Assembly: GCA_964571815.1 (NCBI GenBank)
Contig: CAZNDN010000002.1
Coordinates: 4,246 to 68,245 of the forward strand
Direction: 5' to 3'
Length of the DNA: 64,000 bases
Origin: an uncultured Fibrobacterota bacterium
GTDB taxonomy: Bacteria > Fibrobacterota > Chitinivibrionia > Chitinivibrionales > WJKA01
The notes below the pieces were generated by a model that saw only the letters and a program-made list of their open reading frames with translations, had not been told where the DNA came from and searched no databases. The translations under genes were made by a program, and so were the position numbers. Of the stretch, positions 18,302 to 28,352 are shown piece by piece. The number at the start of each line of letters is the position of its first letter. Within the stretch, counting starts at the first letter, position 1.

Positions 18302-18483
18302 TCGATAGTGCCGACGGAAACAACGCCCGGCGAAGCTTTTCCCGGACTCTTCCAAGAGTCGCGAATGCGTGAATCGAACAGGGGGGTACCGCGCCTGAGA
18401 CTGATGCCGCCGGTTCTCCAACGGGTACCTGGAATGAATCCCGCTCCGGTGCAACGAATTACCGGAACATGCGCGATTCCCCT

Positions 18484-19608
18484 TCAAAGTGATTTGATAA
18501 GCTCTTCAACATAACGTGCGATTGCCGGAGAAGCGGTAAGCCCCGGAGACTCAATGCCGACAAGGTTGACAAGGCCGGGAATGCCCCGCGCACCCTCTTC
18601 GGTAATTACGAAATCCCGAAACGGCTCACCGGGCCCCTGCAATTTCGGTCGTATGCCCGCCATGTCGGGTGTGAGGTCCCCTTCATGAAGAAAGGGGAGA
18701 TACACATGGGCGGAATCGAGGAATTCATCCTCATGCGCCGGGTCAACGTCGTAGTCTTCACGTTCGACATAGAAGGCGTTGGGGCCGAGCCGCAGGGCCC
18801 CGTCAAGCGAAAGTACTACATGAATTCCCAGACTGACCGTGCCGGGCGTCGGGTAGATCAGGTGCGATACCCTGCCCCTGAACCTGTTGGGAAGTCTGAA
18901 GTACTCACCCTTGCAGGGCCTGATGCGATACCCGGCCGCGTCAATATCAATCCCGGCCATTGCAGCGACGGTGCCTGAGGAAAGGCCGGCCGCGTTGACC
19001 ACCACCGGGCTCTCGAGAATCATCCCGTCCCCGTCGATGTCTCTCACCTCGACCCGCAGCCGCGCGCCCGTTGACGCGATTCCCGACGCCTCACAACCGT
19101 AAGCAATGGTTGCTCCTCGCTGCTGTGACTCCTGTTCGAAGAACTTCATGAGAGCATGGGTATCCACAATGCCGCTGGAGGGGCTGTAAAGGCAGGCGGA
19201 TGATGTGATCTCCGGCTCCAGCCGGGTCGTTTCTTCACGGGAAAGAAATCTGAGGTCGGGAGCGCCGTTGCGCAGTCCCGTTTCCAGCAGTTGCTCAAGC
19301 TTCGAACGGTCTTCGGCTCGTTCCGCTACAACAAGTTTGCCCAGCCCGCGAAAAGGGATGCCGTTACGACGGCACAGCGCATACAACTCCGCATTTCCTT
19401 CGACACACAGCCTTGCCTTGAGTGAATCCGAAGGATAGTAGAGCCCGGCGTGGATTACTTCGCTGTTGCGCGAGGAGGTCTCGCGGCCGAAGGACCGGTG
19501 CCGCTCGACGACAACGACTTCGCTGCCCGCTGCACAGAGACGAGAGGCAACCGCCAAACCGACTACTCCCGCCCCTATGACGGTGACGTCGGTCTGCTCG
19601 ACAATCAT
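18484..19608 (-). CDS. FAD-dependent oxidoreductase, L-2-hydroxyglutarate oxidase family
   Basis: VIGAGVVGLA, ETSSRNSEVIHAGLYY, LGIHV, GIRPK, GIESPGLTAS. Confidence 0.9.
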   Translation of the reverse strand: MIVEQTDVTVIGAGVVGLAVASRLCAAGSEVVVVERHRSFGRETSSRNSEVIHAGLYYPSDSLKARLCVEGNAELYALCRRNGIPFRGLGKLVVAERAEDRSKLEQLLETGLRNGAPDLRFLSREETTRLEPEITSSACLYSPSSGIVDTHALMKFFEQESQQRGATIAYGCEASGIASTGARLRVEVRDIDGDGMILESPVVVNAAGLSSGTVAAMAGIDIDAAGYRIRPCKGEYFRLPNRFRGRVSHLIYPTPGTVSLGIHVVLSLDGALRLGPNAFYVEREDYDVDPAHEDEFLDSAHVYLPFLHEGDLTPDMAGIRPKLQGPGEPFRDFVITEEGARGIPGLVNLVGIESPGLTASPAIARYVEELIKSL

Positions 19609-19645
19609 GCCGGATCGAACCGTCGCGCTTGAACCGCTGTACGCC

Positions 19646-20338
19646 CTACCAGCATTGCTGCCAATCGAGATACTTCTCGTCCTTCTTCTTCATCCACGAA
19701 TCCAGAGCCGGGGGAAGATCGCACAGGCGATTCTCGATGAGTTCCACATACTCCAGATTCATCTTCGGCAGGTCCGCGGGCAGACCCTTGAGTTCATTGC
19801 CCTGCATGTAAAGCTCTTTCAGCGAACTCAGTGAGGAGAAGTTCGCCGGCAGGCTTGGAATGGTGTTGTTCCGCAGGTGGAGATACCACAGATTCTTGCA
19901 GCCAAGTATCTGAGAAGGGAATTGCTCCAGGTCGTTATTCCTGAGATCCAGCTTCTCCAGCTTCGTCAGGTTCTTCATCGATTGAGGAAGCGAAGTCAGA
20001 GCATTGTTCCCCAGATTCAGCTCACGCAGCTCGGTGAGGCGCCCGATTTCTTCAGGAAGCCGCTCGATTCCGTTATGAGCAAGCGCAAGGTAACGCAACT
20101 CGGTAAGCCCGCCGATCGCGGGAGGTACCCGTTTTACAAACGACTCGGCAACATCTTTGCTGGAAAGATCCACCCACCTGATGCGTCCCTCCTCGGACCG
20201 CGTGATACTCTCGATACTCACGCCGGTAATATCGTTGGAATCGAGAATCGCACGAACAATCGAGACGTCTTCCAGATAATCCTGTGCTCCCACGGTCGTG
20301 ATACACAACACAACTGTCAGGCATGATACCAGGCGCAT
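19646..20338 (-). CDS. Secreted leucine-rich repeat protein
   Basis: Signal peptide from ATG 20338; repeated LxxLxLxxNxLxxLP units. Confidence 0.9.
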   Translation of the reverse strand: MRLVSCLTVVLCITTVGAQDYLEDVSIVRAILDSNDITGVSIESITRSEEGRIRWVDLSSKDVAESFVKRVPPAIGGLTELRYLALAHNGIERLPEEIGRLTELRELNLGNNALTSLPQSMKNLTKLEKLDLRNNDLEQFPSQILGCKNLWYLHLRNNTIPSLPANFSSLSSLKELYMQGNELKGLPADLPKMNLEYVELIENRLCDLPPALDSWMKKKDEKYLDWQQCW

Positions 20339-20402
20339 ACCTACCTCCCTGAAAAAGATACTTCTCCTCCACTCGGATTTCGGTGCTCCATCCCCTACCC
20401 AA

Positions 20403-20431
20403 TATATACATGATGCAGGATTGGATTTCAA
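20403..20431 (-). promoter_or_regulatory. sigma70 promoter for the LRR gene
   Basis: Minus strand TTGAAA, 17 nt spacer, TATATA; about 65 nt upstream of the ATG. Confidence 0.6.
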
Positions 20432-20571
20432 GACGCGGACCGGGCTCACTCGCCTCATCCTTCACCGCCCCGGAAGAGGTACCAACGGCCCCCGGGCAGC
20501 GTTTCAAGTCTAAGGCAGGATTCCTTCCTGCATCCAAGGCCTGATCAGAGCCCTGAGCGGGGCCTCCCGCC

Positions 20572-21876
20572 TCAGGAACTCCTCCGCGGCTCCTCCTCCG
20601 GCAGTGCCACAATCTCCGAACGCTCCAGCACCACCTCATCCGGAAAGCTCTCCCGTCGGAACGTCCCGGTGAAGGGCCTGATAATCTCTCCGCTCGCCGA
20701 TACACTCGTGGGGCTCTCTTTCCGCGTCACTGTATGCCGGCTCTCACTGCTCTTGTTGACACAGAAAAGCATGGAGCGACTCCGATCGTCACAGCTCTTC
20801 CTCAGAAACAGTATTGTACCGTCAAGCGGTGAAATCGCCTCCCAGTGTCCTTCATCCGAAAGCACCCGGTCCGATACCTTCCACCTGTTGCATGCCGCTA
20901 CCCAGTCGCCCAGATCCCATCGCCGCTCATCGACGTCACAAGGACTCCCCTTCACTACATCCATGCGCGTTACCGCGCCCGTCTCATACCCCATGGGCAT
21001 CAGCAGCCCCTTGGAGAACACCGCCGCAAGCACGTATCTGTTTTTCTGCATTTCCAGAGTACCGGGTTTCTCCGAAGCGAGGCGGGGTGTGTCGTGAGAC
21101 TCCGGGAAGCTCACCGAAGGGGCGATACGGCGATGTGCCGTGTGCTGCTCGATACACCAGGGTTCATCGAACCGCCAGTATTTCGAAGAATTGAACAGAA
21201 AGTCGAACCCGCACTCCGAAAGGGCCGCAACCTCCCGGAGCGAACACCCCAGCGTCTCGGCCAGAAACATCGTTCCGGGATGGCGTCCTTTCGCCGATCC
21301 AATCAACCACTGCCACAGCGGCGCCGGAACCTGATAGGCCGCATCGCAGCGAAATCCCTCAAACCCCATGCCCTGGAAAAACGAAACCATGCGATCCCAG
21401 TACGCCCACAGTTCTTCACGACAACCGGCCGATTCATTGTTGACAATTGCCAGGTCGCCCCATACCGTCACCTTCTTCGGATCGTCGGGATCCACCGCAT
21501 AGGGACTTCGCACCTCTCCCTTCTCATCGTATGAATACCACTCCGGATGCGTCCTCCGCAGCACGGCGTCTTTGGCCGTATGGTTGATCACCAGGTCCAT
21601 CGCGACCTTCAGTCCCCTGCCGCGACAGTCTTCCACAAACCGTCTCAGGGGCGTCCAGTCGGATGGGTTTTCCTCCCGGCCAGCAAAGAGAGGATTGAGC
21701 CGGTAGTAATCCTTGACCGCATAAAGACTGCCGGAAAAGCCCGTTTCGTGGAAAGGGTTCACGAACACCCAGTTGAACCCCATATCCGCCGCGCGGGCCG
21801 CCGATCTGCTCCATTGGTCAATGGAATCGAAGTGACGCGGGAAGAGGTTGAAAATCACCGGTGATTTCGTGTCCAT
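20572..21876 (-). CDS. GH13 alpha-amylase-family glycoside hydrolase
   Basis: YAVKDYY, DLVINH, GFRCDAA (nucleophile), FLAE (acid/base), SHD. Confidence 0.9.
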   Translation of the reverse strand: MDTKSPVIFNLFPRHFDSIDQWSRSAARAADMGFNWVFVNPFHETGFSGSLYAVKDYYRLNPLFAGREENPSDWTPLRRFVEDCRGRGLKVAMDLVINHTAKDAVLRRTHPEWYSYDEKGEVRSPYAVDPDDPKKVTVWGDLAIVNNESAGCREELWAYWDRMVSFFQGMGFEGFRCDAAYQVPAPLWQWLIGSAKGRHPGTMFLAETLGCSLREVAALSECGFDFLFNSSKYWRFDEPWCIEQHTAHRRIAPSVSFPESHDTPRLASEKPGTLEMQKNRYVLAAVFSKGLLMPMGYETGAVTRMDVVKGSPCDVDERRWDLGDWVAACNRWKVSDRVLSDEGHWEAISPLDGTILFLRKSCDDRSRSMLFCVNKSSESRHTVTRKESPTSVSASGEIIRPFTGTFRRESFPDEVVLERSEIVALPEEEPRRSS

Positions 21877-21877
21877 G

Positions 21878-22735
21878 CTACAACTCCCCACCGAGGACAA
21901 CGTTGTCTATCAGACGTGTGTTTGTCTCCGCCGTGCGGCAAGCAAGAGCCACCAGCGCCGTCGTATCGACGTAGCGAAGAGGTTGAAGTGTGACGGTGTC
22001 CACAACTTCCGCATACTCCAGGTTCAGCAGGGATGCCGACTCCAGCTTCCGGACAACGTTTCTCCCGATTGCTCCCGCATCGCGCTCCCCGCGTTCAAAG
22101 GCTTCCCGTGCGGAGCTCAACCCGGCATAGATCAGCGGTGCCTGGGCCCGTTCCTCAGCGGAAAGATACCGATTGCGCGAACTCATCGCCGGCCCGTCAT
22201 CTTCCCTCACGATCGGCCCCACGATCAGTTCCAGGGGGAGGTTCAAGTCCCTCACCATCCGTTTCAACACCACCGCCTGTTGAGCGTCTTTCTGCCCGAA
22301 CACGGCCAGGTCGGGCCCCACAATGTTGAACAACTTCAGCACGATGGTGGTAACCCCGCGGAAATGCCCCGGTCGCCGGGCTCCACAGAGCCCCTCGGTA
22401 AGCCCTTCGACCGACACAAATGTTGCGTACCCCGAAGGATACATAACACGGTCATCGGGCGCAAAGACCACATCACACCCCCCCCGCTCCGCCGCCGCAC
22501 AGTCCTCATCAAATAATCGAGGGTAGTGCTCGAAGTCCTCTTGAGGACCGAATTGTTCGGGGTTGACGTAGATGCTCAGAACCGTTACGTCGCACCGTCC
22601 GCGGGAGAGAGCCACCAGTGACAGATGACCCTTGTGCAAAGCGCCCATGGTAGGGACAAACCCCACACGCGCTCCGTGCCGACGCACACCGGCGCGCCAC
22701 TCCCGCATCCGGTTCGGATCGCGAATAACTTCCAT
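21878..22735 (-). CDS. panC: Pantoate--beta-alanine ligase
   Basis: FVPTMGALHKGH, VNPEQF, RPGHFRGV, FGQKDAQQ, MSSRN, RLIDN. Confidence 0.97.
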   Translation of the reverse strand: MEVIRDPNRMREWRAGVRRHGARVGFVPTMGALHKGHLSLVALSRGRCDVTVLSIYVNPEQFGPQEDFEHYPRLFDEDCAAAERGGCDVVFAPDDRVMYPSGYATFVSVEGLTEGLCGARRPGHFRGVTTIVLKLFNIVGPDLAVFGQKDAQQAVVLKRMVRDLNLPLELIVGPIVREDDGPAMSSRNRYLSAEERAQAPLIYAGLSSAREAFERGERDAGAIGRNVVRKLESASLLNLEYAEVVDTVTLQPLRYVDTTALVALACRTAETNTRLIDNVVLGGEL

Positions 22736-22779
22736 ACGGACTCTCCGCTACGGCCTCCGGCCTCTCCCGTGAAACGGCT

Positions 22780-23487
22780 TTACCGATTCTTCCCCGCGGC
22801 ACCCCCCAGCCTGGCACGTTCTCGAGCACCAAGGGGACGGTAGAAATTCAGTCCGGGGCCGGCTTGCACAATCTGCTCGGTAATCTCTTGCAGGTCACAC
22901 GCATTTTCCACAAAATCGATATCATTCGTATCTATCACCAATACGGGCGATTCGGTATGGTGAAAGAAAAAATGGTCGTAGGCGCGGTTAATCGCGGCAA
23001 GGTAGGCCTTGTCCATACCGAATTCATAGTCACGCCCCCGTTTCTCAACACGCTGGAGAATCCTCTCCGTGGACGCCTGAAGATAGATGACGAGTTCGGG
23101 GCGGGCGATCCGTGCCTCCAGAATCGCCGCGATGTTGTTGTAAAGCGCAAGTTCCTGGTCATCAAGATTGATGCCCGCAAAAATACGGTCCTTGGCGAAC
23201 ATGTAATCCGCCACCGTTACGTCATGAAAGAGATCCTGCTGCATGGCCTCTTGAGTGAGCTGGCGGTAGCGCGAAAGCAGAAACCAGATTTGAGTCTGGA
23301 AAGCATTGGCGGTACGATCTCGATAGAATGCCGGCAGAAATGGGTTTTCCTCGACTTTTTCAAGAACCGTCCGCGCATCAAACGCTGACGCCAGGAGCCG
23401 GCAGAGGGAGGTCTTGCCGACCCCGATCACTCCTTCGATCGAGATATAGGAGTACTTGAGTCGTTTCGCGGGTTCTGCTGTGCTCAT
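22780..23487 (-). CDS. Deoxynucleoside kinase
   Basis: ISIEGVIGVGKTS, NPFLPAFY, FQTQIWFLLSRY, DRIFA, RGRDYE. Confidence 0.92.
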   Translation of the reverse strand: MSTAEPAKRLKYSYISIEGVIGVGKTSLCRLLASAFDARTVLEKVEENPFLPAFYRDRTANAFQTQIWFLLSRYRQLTQEAMQQDLFHDVTVADYMFAKDRIFAGINLDDQELALYNNIAAILEARIARPELVIYLQASTERILQRVEKRGRDYEFGMDKAYLAAINRAYDHFFFHHTESPVLVIDTNDIDFVENACDLQEITEQIVQAGPGLNFYRPLGARERARLGGAAGKNR

Positions 23488-23508
23488 GAGAGCCGGGCGC
23501 ACCCCTCA

Positions 23509-24006
23509 TTAGGGTGAGACGAAACGGATTACCTGCCCCTCCAACCTCTCATCGGATTCGCTCAGGATCATCCCGGCGGTACCCCCCATACCCGGAATAC
23601 TCAGCTCGGGCTCTACGTCGACTATCCCCGTCAGACAGTAACGTCGCGTCCGAATTCCGGGATGAGGTATCACGAGATTCTCCTCCCGCACAATATGCTT
23701 GCCGTAGACCAGAATATCCACGTCCGCACTCCGCGGCTGCCTCGCTCCCTTCCCCGTTCGACCAAGCCGCCGCTCAAGCGCCTCGCACTCTCCCAGCAGC
23801 ATGTGAGCATCCTTCTCGTAGCCGCCGGAGACAATCACGTTCATGAACCACGGCTGCTTCGAAGCCACCTCTACCGGCTCGGTCTCCATAAGCCGTGAGG
23901 TCCGGATAGGTTGATCGAGAATTCTCCTGACCCCGTCAAGCATCATTTCTACATGTTCCACCCGGGGTTCTATATTCGAACCAAGGCTCAAAATAACTCT
24001 CGACAT
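23509..24006 (-). CDS. folK: 6-hydroxymethyl-7,8-dihydropterin pyrophosphokinase (copy 1)
   Basis: LSLGSN, ETEP, FMN, PRSADVDIL, IPHP. Confidence 0.9.
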   Translation of the reverse strand: MSRVILSLGSNIEPRVEHVEMMLDGVRRILDQPIRTSRLMETEPVEVASKQPWFMNVIVSGGYEKDAHMLLGECEALERRLGRTGKGARQPRSADVDILVYGKHIVREENLVIPHPGIRTRRYCLTGIVDVEPELSIPGMGGTAGMILSESDERLEGQVIRFVSP

Positions 24007-24128
24007 GGCATTCGCTTTCCCTCCGCCGGCTTCCCGGCAATCGCCGCCGCACTTCGAGCTTCACGCGAGACTCCCCGCCACAAACCCGCCCTCGCCACCA
24101 TGCGAATCGCACCCTCGTCCTTGTCGTT

Positions 24129-25454
24129 TCAAGGGTCGGACCGAAAGCCCACGGTTTTAACCTCGCCGAACCGTTCAAGACCCGGGAAAACGGCCGATTT
24201 CCCGCCGACAACAACAATCGCAAAGGCGGGAGAACTCAAGTGGCGGGCCACAGCCTCGGCCACGTCCCCGCGGTCCAGACAACTCACCCTTTCATCGAAC
24301 AGTTCCACATGCGAATTGTCCCGCCCGAAAAATCGCAACCAGAGGAGCTTCTCGGCTATATTGCCGATACCCTCAAGCTGAATCGCCAGATTCCCTTTTG
24401 CATACTCCCTGGCCTTTGCAAGCTCTTCCTCTCCGGGTCCCTCACAGCCGAATTTCCGATACTCCTCCAGCACCGACCGCAGTACATCGAGGGTTTGACC
24501 CGACTGCGTCGTAGTCCCGATGGAGAAAACCCCCGCGGTTGTCCCGAAAGAGATTTGTGAGCCGATTCCATAGGTCTTTCCCTGCTCGGCCCTCACGCGC
24601 GCCGTCAGGCGCGACGAGAAATTGCCGCCGCCCAGTATGTAATTGGCCAACGATAACGCAAGCCTGTCTTCGTCCAACTCTCCGGGAACAGGATGGCCCA
24701 GCATTATTGTTGCCTGGGTAAGGCCCGGTTTGTTCACAAGTCTTACCCGCGAGTTCGTGGTATTCGGCAGCGGCAGGGGGCTTTGGGGCTGCTTCCCGCC
24801 TTCCGGCCGCCATCCGGCAAAGCGCTCTTCCCAGGACTGCCGAACCCGCTGAAGGTCGAAGTCACCGACAATCAGAAGCGTGGCGGCACGGGGGTGGAAG
24901 TGCCGCGTATAGAAGTCGCGTATGTCGTTGATGGTAACGGAGTTGATCGAGCGCTGCGTTCGGGGACGCCCCATCGGATGATCCGGTCCGCACAACTCCG
25001 CATGAAAATGGCGCCGGGCCAGTGATGCGGGGTCGGAACGGGCAGCCTGAAGAGTCGTGACATGTTCGCGACTCAGCCTTCTCAATTCCTCAGGGTCAAG
25101 ACGGGGAGATGTGACGGCGTTCCAGAAGAGTCCAAGAACCCGATCCATGAAGCGTGCCAGCATCCGTGCGCCGATAACCGTGTACTCATCGCCCACCTCC
25201 GCAAACAGGCCGCTTCCCACGTGCTCCATTGCTTCGGAAAATGCTTCAGCGCTGCACTCCCGCGTCCCGCGCTGCATGAGTTCAACGGTCATCTCCGCAC
25301 ATCCCTCCTTCCCCCGCGTGTCGGCAAAGCGTCCCACCGGGACCTGCAGGACAATCTCCACTCCTTCCTGTTCATGATGCGGAACAAGCATGAGCCGCAA
25401 CCCGTTTGAAAGTATCTCTTCGTGCGCCGGCGGGAATCGATAGCCGAAGGGCAT
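24129..25454 (-). CDS. M16 peptidase family, non-catalytic subunit
   Basis: LSNGLRL, ILGGGNFSSRL..VR; no HXXEH motif. Confidence 0.88.
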   Translation of the reverse strand: MPFGYRFPPAHEEILSNGLRLMLVPHHEQEGVEIVLQVPVGRFADTRGKEGCAEMTVELMQRGTRECSAEAFSEAMEHVGSGLFAEVGDEYTVIGARMLARFMDRVLGLFWNAVTSPRLDPEELRRLSREHVTTLQAARSDPASLARRHFHAELCGPDHPMGRPRTQRSINSVTINDIRDFYTRHFHPRAATLLIVGDFDLQRVRQSWEERFAGWRPEGGKQPQSPLPLPNTTNSRVRLVNKPGLTQATIMLGHPVPGELDEDRLALSLANYILGGGNFSSRLTARVRAEQGKTYGIGSQISFGTTAGVFSIGTTTQSGQTLDVLRSVLEEYRKFGCEGPGEEELAKAREYAKGNLAIQLEGIGNIAEKLLWLRFFGRDNSHVELFDERVSCLDRGDVAEAVARHLSSPAFAIVVVGGKSAVFPGLERFGEVKTVGFRSDP

Positions 25455-25478
25455 GTGCCCTCTCCTTCCGGGTCGGTA

Positions 25479-26792
25479 TTAGAAGCGTGACGAGACGCGC
25501 CGGAACAAGCCGACAAGATACAGCAACGGATTGACCCTCTTTGGTGTCAACACCAGCGTATGCGCCCCTTCCGGCCTCCAGTACCTCCGAGCCGCTTCAC
25601 GCACTTCCGCCGGCGTCAACGTTTCAATCCGCCTCAACCTTCGTGCCCACAAATGGTAGTCGCCTTCAACAGTCTCGGCAAATCCGATAGACTGCGCAAT
25701 CTGTTCGGCCGAATAGAGCCCGAACGTACGCGAAGTCAGTGAGGTGTTCCTGACTTTCTCGAGTTCCTCCGACGAAATCCCCTCGTTTCGAACGGTTTCC
25801 ACCAATTCATTAAGCGCGGCACCAATTCGCCGGGGCTTCTTATCCGGCGTAAACACCGTGAAAAAGAACGAGATACCGGAACGCCTGAGGAAGTGGTTCA
25901 TACCTCCCGCGGAGAGTACCATGGACTGCCGACGCACCAGCGAGCGGTGCAATCGACTGCTCTCACCCTGGGCAAAAGCCGACTGCAGGATTTCAAGCGG
26001 CACCGCATCCTCATGTGAGGAGCATGGAGCCCGATAGCCCATCATCAAGATGGGTACATCGAAGGCCACCCGGCGCCTCATCCACAATGGCTTGTCTCTG
26101 AGAGAGACCGCGGCGCCGTCGGCGCCACCGCCCCCAATCCGTTCCGGCGATCGAGGAATACTCCCGAACGACCGTCCAACAAGCGAAAACAGCGCACCCT
26201 CGTCCTCAAAATCTCCGACCGCCACGACGACCGCATTGTCGGGGGTGTACCATTTCCGGTAGTACTCCCGGCACTGCTCACACGTCACCGATTGGATGTC
26301 CTCCAGCACTCCCAATTGGCTCACGGCATACGGGTCATCACCGAAGAACTCCTTTCGAAACTCAAACATCGCCTTGGTCATGGGATTGTTCATGTAGGTT
26401 TCGTACTCTTCAACAACAACCCGTCGCTCCTTCTCGAACTCGCCTTCGTCGAGGGTAAGGCCGTTCATCCGGTCGGCCTCCATCTCAACAATCTCCGTGA
26501 GAAAATCGCTCGGAACCGTGTTGAAATAAAGGGTAACATCCTCGGCAGTCCCGGCATTGCTGTGCCCGCCGACATTATTGACCCGTCGGGCATGTTCCTG
26601 GGGACCAAGCCGATTCGAGCCCCTGAACATCATGTGCTCCAGAATATGTGATGTTCCCCGGATACCGGCGTATTCATTCACACTCCCCGTGCGGTACCAC
26701 ACCTGAACCGCAACCAGCGGTGCTCCCGGCTTCCTCAGACAAATCACCTTGAGACCGTTGTCCAGGGTATGGTCGGCAATACGATCAAGCAT
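25479..26792 (-). CDS. M16 peptidase family, catalytic subunit
   Basis: LDNGLKV, WYRTGS..E, HILEHMMF (HXXEH), WYTPDNA. ATG at 26792. Confidence 0.93.
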   Translation of the reverse strand: MLDRIADHTLDNGLKVICLRKPGAPLVAVQVWYRTGSVNEYAGIRGTSHILEHMMFRGSNRLGPQEHARRVNNVGGHSNAGTAEDVTLYFNTVPSDFLTEIVEMEADRMNGLTLDEGEFEKERRVVVEEYETYMNNPMTKAMFEFRKEFFGDDPYAVSQLGVLEDIQSVTCEQCREYYRKWYTPDNAVVVAVGDFEDEGALFSLVGRSFGSIPRSPERIGGGGADGAAVSLRDKPLWMRRRVAFDVPILMMGYRAPCSSHEDAVPLEILQSAFAQGESSRLHRSLVRRQSMVLSAGGMNHFLRRSGISFFFTVFTPDKKPRRIGAALNELVETVRNEGISSEELEKVRNTSLTSRTFGLYSAEQIAQSIGFAETVEGDYHLWARRLRRIETLTPAEVREAARRYWRPEGAHTLVLTPKRVNPLLYLVGLFRRVSSRF

Positions 26793-27588
26793 GAGATGCC
26801 TCGAAGAAAGGGACGATTTTTCGCTGCAACGCCTCAGAGATGATTTCGAACAACCATTCTCCCGCCGCGGGATCGAATTGAGAGGCGATCTCCGAGGAAG
26901 AACCGCGGGGGAACAGCTTGCGGTACTTCTCGGGATCCGCGCCGCGTTTCTTCCACGTTTGCCAGGTCTGCTCCGGGGGTAGTGTGTCCGTATGCCGATC
27001 CGCCGATCGCCGCGGTCGGGCGCCCAGATAAGCGGCCATCGACAATACCGCGTACTCCGATCCACCGTATTCGATTCCCTCAACTAGCCCCTTCACCGCC
27101 GCCCCCAATTCGGGTATCACCTGCCATCGGAGATGTAGTATGCCTGGGGTTCTTCCCGGCAGCCGCCGGCCGATCTCATCTCCAAGTCGGCCCTCCACCG
27201 AGGAGCCGTCAAGCAGAATCACCGCTCGTACTCCCTGAAACCGCCAGCACCGTAGCAGGTCACAGATGAATCCGGCGGCTCGGGCGACCTTTGCACCCGC
27301 AACTCCAGCGAAGCTCATGAACGGGACACAACAGCCATACGCCAGCAGCGGTGCACACGCCACTTCCAGACGCGCCGAAATCCCACGCGCCAGAGCCGCC
27401 GTGCACCTGTTGACTTCCCCGATGCCTCCACGTGCTCCCACCGGCTCCAATGCGCCGACGGGAAGTATCAGAAAGGGCCTGGCCCCGAAGAGACGCTCGA
27501 TATCCCGGTGCGACAGATGCTCGATTTCGTAGGTTGCGAACCGGGAAGAAGAATCCGTCATCAGTGCCGTTCCAACGCTGGAAAGCAT
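26785..27588 (-). CDS. Creatininase-family fold protein with degenerate metal site
   Basis: ILPVGALE, PLLAYG, C-terminal A.GE..F pattern; most metal ligands substituted. Confidence 0.7.
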   Translation of the reverse strand: MLSSVGTALMTDSSSRFATYEIEHLSHRDIERLFGARPFLILPVGALEPVGARGGIGEVNRCTAALARGISARLEVACAPLLAYGCCVPFMSFAGVAGAKVARAAGFICDLLRCWRFQGVRAVILLDGSSVEGRLGDEIGRRLPGRTPGILHLRWQVIPELGAAVKGLVEGIEYGGSEYAVLSMAAYLGARPRRSADRHTDTLPPEQTWQTWKKRGADPEKYRKLFPRGSSSEIASQFDPAAGEWLFEIISEALQRKIVPFFEASHA

Positions 27589-27984
27589 GGGCCGTACGGG
27601 AACCCTGAGAGGAAAGGCAAGACAAAATCGAGGCGAGCAACCCGCGTCTCAGCATCGCTCTTCCGCCCGGGCCCACAGAACTCCCGCAATTTCGCAACAA
27701 AATAGGTCATGACGACTAAGCAGGCCAGGTTGTATTTGGCCCGGGATTGAATACTTCGGCGCTCGGAACAACGCCGGTCGATTCCACTGATGCAGCTCGC
27801 CCGGCGCAGGCGCGACAGGCTGAACACTGAGGCACCGTGATCCGGAGTGAGAAGAAAAGCCGTTTGCGGCTTTCCAGTCCCGCCTCTCCGGCCTCCATGC
27901 AGCCGCGACCCCAGAACGTCTATCCGTGAGTGTTATATTTTGTTTTTTGAGGAGGGTTCCATCCCTCTGTGCAAGGAGCACCTC

Positions 27985-28350
27985 ATGGCAGAACTCTCAC
28001 CGGCCACGATTCGCATCAGCAACCTCAGGCTCCGTACGATAATCGGAGCCAATGAGTGGGAAAGAACCCGACAGCAGGACGTGATCCTCAACCTTGCGTT
28101 TCGTTTTGACGCCGCCGAGGCCGTCAGGAGCGATGCCGTTGAAGACACCCTCGACTACAAAAAGATCAAGCACATGGTGATCGATACGGTCGAGAATTCA
28201 AGCTTCATGCTCCTGGAAAGGCTCTGCGCCGAAGTGCTTTCTGCCATGATGGCAATGCCGCGCGTGACGGCGGCGACAGTCAAAATAGACAAACCGCACG
28301 CGTTGCGGTTTGCCGACTCGGTGTCGGTCGAGATGAGTGCGGAGCGCTGA
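27985..28350 (+). CDS. FolX/FolB-family pterin epimerase/aldolase (closer to FolX)
   Basis: ATIRISNLRLRTIIG, LDYK, FMLLE, DKPHALRFADSVS. Confidence 0.88.
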   Translation: MAELSPATIRISNLRLRTIIGANEWERTRQQDVILNLAFRFDAAEAVRSDAVEDTLDYKKIKHMVIDTVENSSFMLLERLCAEVLSAMMAMPRVTAATVKIDKPHALRFADSVSVEMSAER

Positions 28351-28352
28351 TT

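Noticed and set aside
20410-20545. Long-range GATGCAGGA/TCCTGCATC pairing as a riboswitch
   Set aside because: One arm lies within the spacer of a good sigma70 promoter, so it would not be in the transcript; no known aptamer core.
22478-22485. C8 tract in panC as a phase-variation site
   Set aside because: In frame, encodes Arg-Gly-Gly in a housekeeping enzyme; expected occasionally at this GC content.
24129-25454. M16 subunit lacking HXXEH as a novel pseudoenzyme
   Set aside because: Active plus inactive M16B heterodimer pairs are the normal arrangement.
27589-27984. THF or TPP riboswitch upstream of the pterin genes
   Set aside because: Only an isolated CTGAGA; the remaining conserved cores are absent.
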